A stretch of 64,000 nucleotides of DNA from Mobula hypostoma (lineage: Eukaryota): the NCBI RefSeq assembly GCF_963921235.1, contig NC_086108.1, forward strand, positions 66,280,001-66,344,000. Reading direction: 5' to 3'. Positions 62,710-64,000 of the stretch are shown one piece after another (position 1 is the first letter of the stretch; each line of letters opens with the position of its first letter). The translations under genes and the position numbers were made by a program. Under the pieces are notes generated by a model. That model was not told where the DNA came from. It searched no databases and saw only the letters and a program-made list of their open reading frames with translations.

Positions 62710-64000
62710 TTATAAGATCATAAGATAAAGTAGAATTAGGCCATTTGGCCCATCAAGTCTGCGCCGCCATTTCATCATGACTAATCCAGCTTTCCTCTCA
62801 GCCCCAATCTCTTGCCTTCTCCCCATACCCCTTCATGCCCTGAACAATCAAAAACCTATCAAACTATGCCTTAAATATACATAAAGACTTAGTCTCCACA
62901 GCTGCCTGTGAAAAAGAATTTCACAGATTCACCACTCTCTCGCTAAATAAATTCCTCCTCATTTCTGTTCTAAAAGGATGCCCCTCCATTCTGAGGCTGT
63001 ATCCTCTGGTCTTAGACTCTCCCATCATAAACAACAGCCTCTTCACTATCAAAGCCTTACACCGTTCAACAGGTTTCAATGAGGTCACCCCTCATTCTTC
63101 TGAATTCCAGTGACTACAGCCCCAGAGCCATCAAACACTCTTCATTTGACATGCCATTCAATCCTGGAATCATTTTTATGAATCTCCTCGGAACTCTCTC
63201 TAGTTTCAGCACATCCTTTCTAAGATAAGGGGTCCAAAACTGCTCACAATACTCCAAGTGAGGTCTTACTAGTGCTTTATAAAGTCTGAACATTACATTC
63301 TTAGTTTTATATTCTAGTCCTCTTGAAATGAAAGCTAACATTACATTTGCCTTCATCACCAAAAGCTCAACCTGCAAATTAACCTTTAGGGAATCCTGCA
63401 CAAGGACTCCTAAGTCCCTTTGCATCTCAATTTTTTTTAATATTTTCTCTCCATTTAGAAAACAATTAACTCTTTCATTACTTCCACCAAAATGCATGAC
63501 CATACATTTCCTGACACTATATTCCATCTGCTATTTCTTTGCCCATTCTCCTAATCTGTCTAAATCCTCCTGTAGCCTCTCTACTTTCTAAAAACTACCT
63601 GCCCCTCCACCTATCTTCATATCATCTGCAAACTTAGCAACAAAGCCATCAATTTGATCATCCTTATCATTGACATATAATGTAAAAAGAATTGGTTCCA
63701 ACACAGACCCCTGTGGAACACCACTATTCACTGGCAGCCAGTCATAAGAGGCTCCCTTTATTCCCACTCTTTGTGTTCTACCAATCAGCCACTGGTTTGT
63801 CCATGCTAGATTCTTTCCTGTAATACCATGGGCTTGTAGCTTGTTAAGCAACCTCATGTGTGGTAACTTGACAAAGGCTTTCTGTAAATCCAATTACACA
63901 ACTTCAACTGATTCTCCTTTGTCTGTCCTGCTTGGTATTTCTTCAAAGAATTCCAATAGATTTCTCAGCCAAGATTGTCCCTTGTGGAAACCACTCTGGC
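62710..64000 (-). mobile_element. CR1 LINE running off the window end
   Basis: SGVPQGSVLEP, FADDMKIGG, LYKALVRPHLEYC; tail at ~62712-62728. Confidence 0.93.

Noticed and set aside
1..64000. CRISPR arrays, rRNA, bona fide tRNA genes, prokaryotic operons
   Set aside because: None seen; tRNA-like motifs belong to SINE/LINE heads and the DNA is clearly vertebrate repeat-rich sequence.

Overview
Repeat-dominated, CpG-depleted vertebrate DNA with no host protein-coding exon I can support. The repeat repertoire (CR1 LINEs with 8-bp microsatellite tails, a V-SINE/HE1-like SINE, Penelope-like elements, Rex1/Babar, fish-type L1, Gypsy) suggests a cartilaginous fish, probably a ray (inference). Almost all ORFs in the track are retroelement debris or antisense noise. 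Main observations: (1) a decayed Gypsy LTR element (40259-45363) whose pol region is replaced by an intronless ~260-bp fragment resembling the host splicing-factor mRNA RBM25, fused in frame to gag, i.e. apparent LTR-mediated gene capture; (2) a young Penelope-like element forming a ~700-bp near-perfect inverted repeat with a hammerhead-ribozyme motif in each arm, plus a dispersed family of ~200-bp fold-back derivatives with TSDs; (3) an ORF1-less CR1/L2-group LINE that begins with a tRNA-like Pol III head; (4) a palindromic mariner-derived MITE with nested TIRs. All family assignments were made by eye from recalled motifs, and boundaries of old repeats are approximate.
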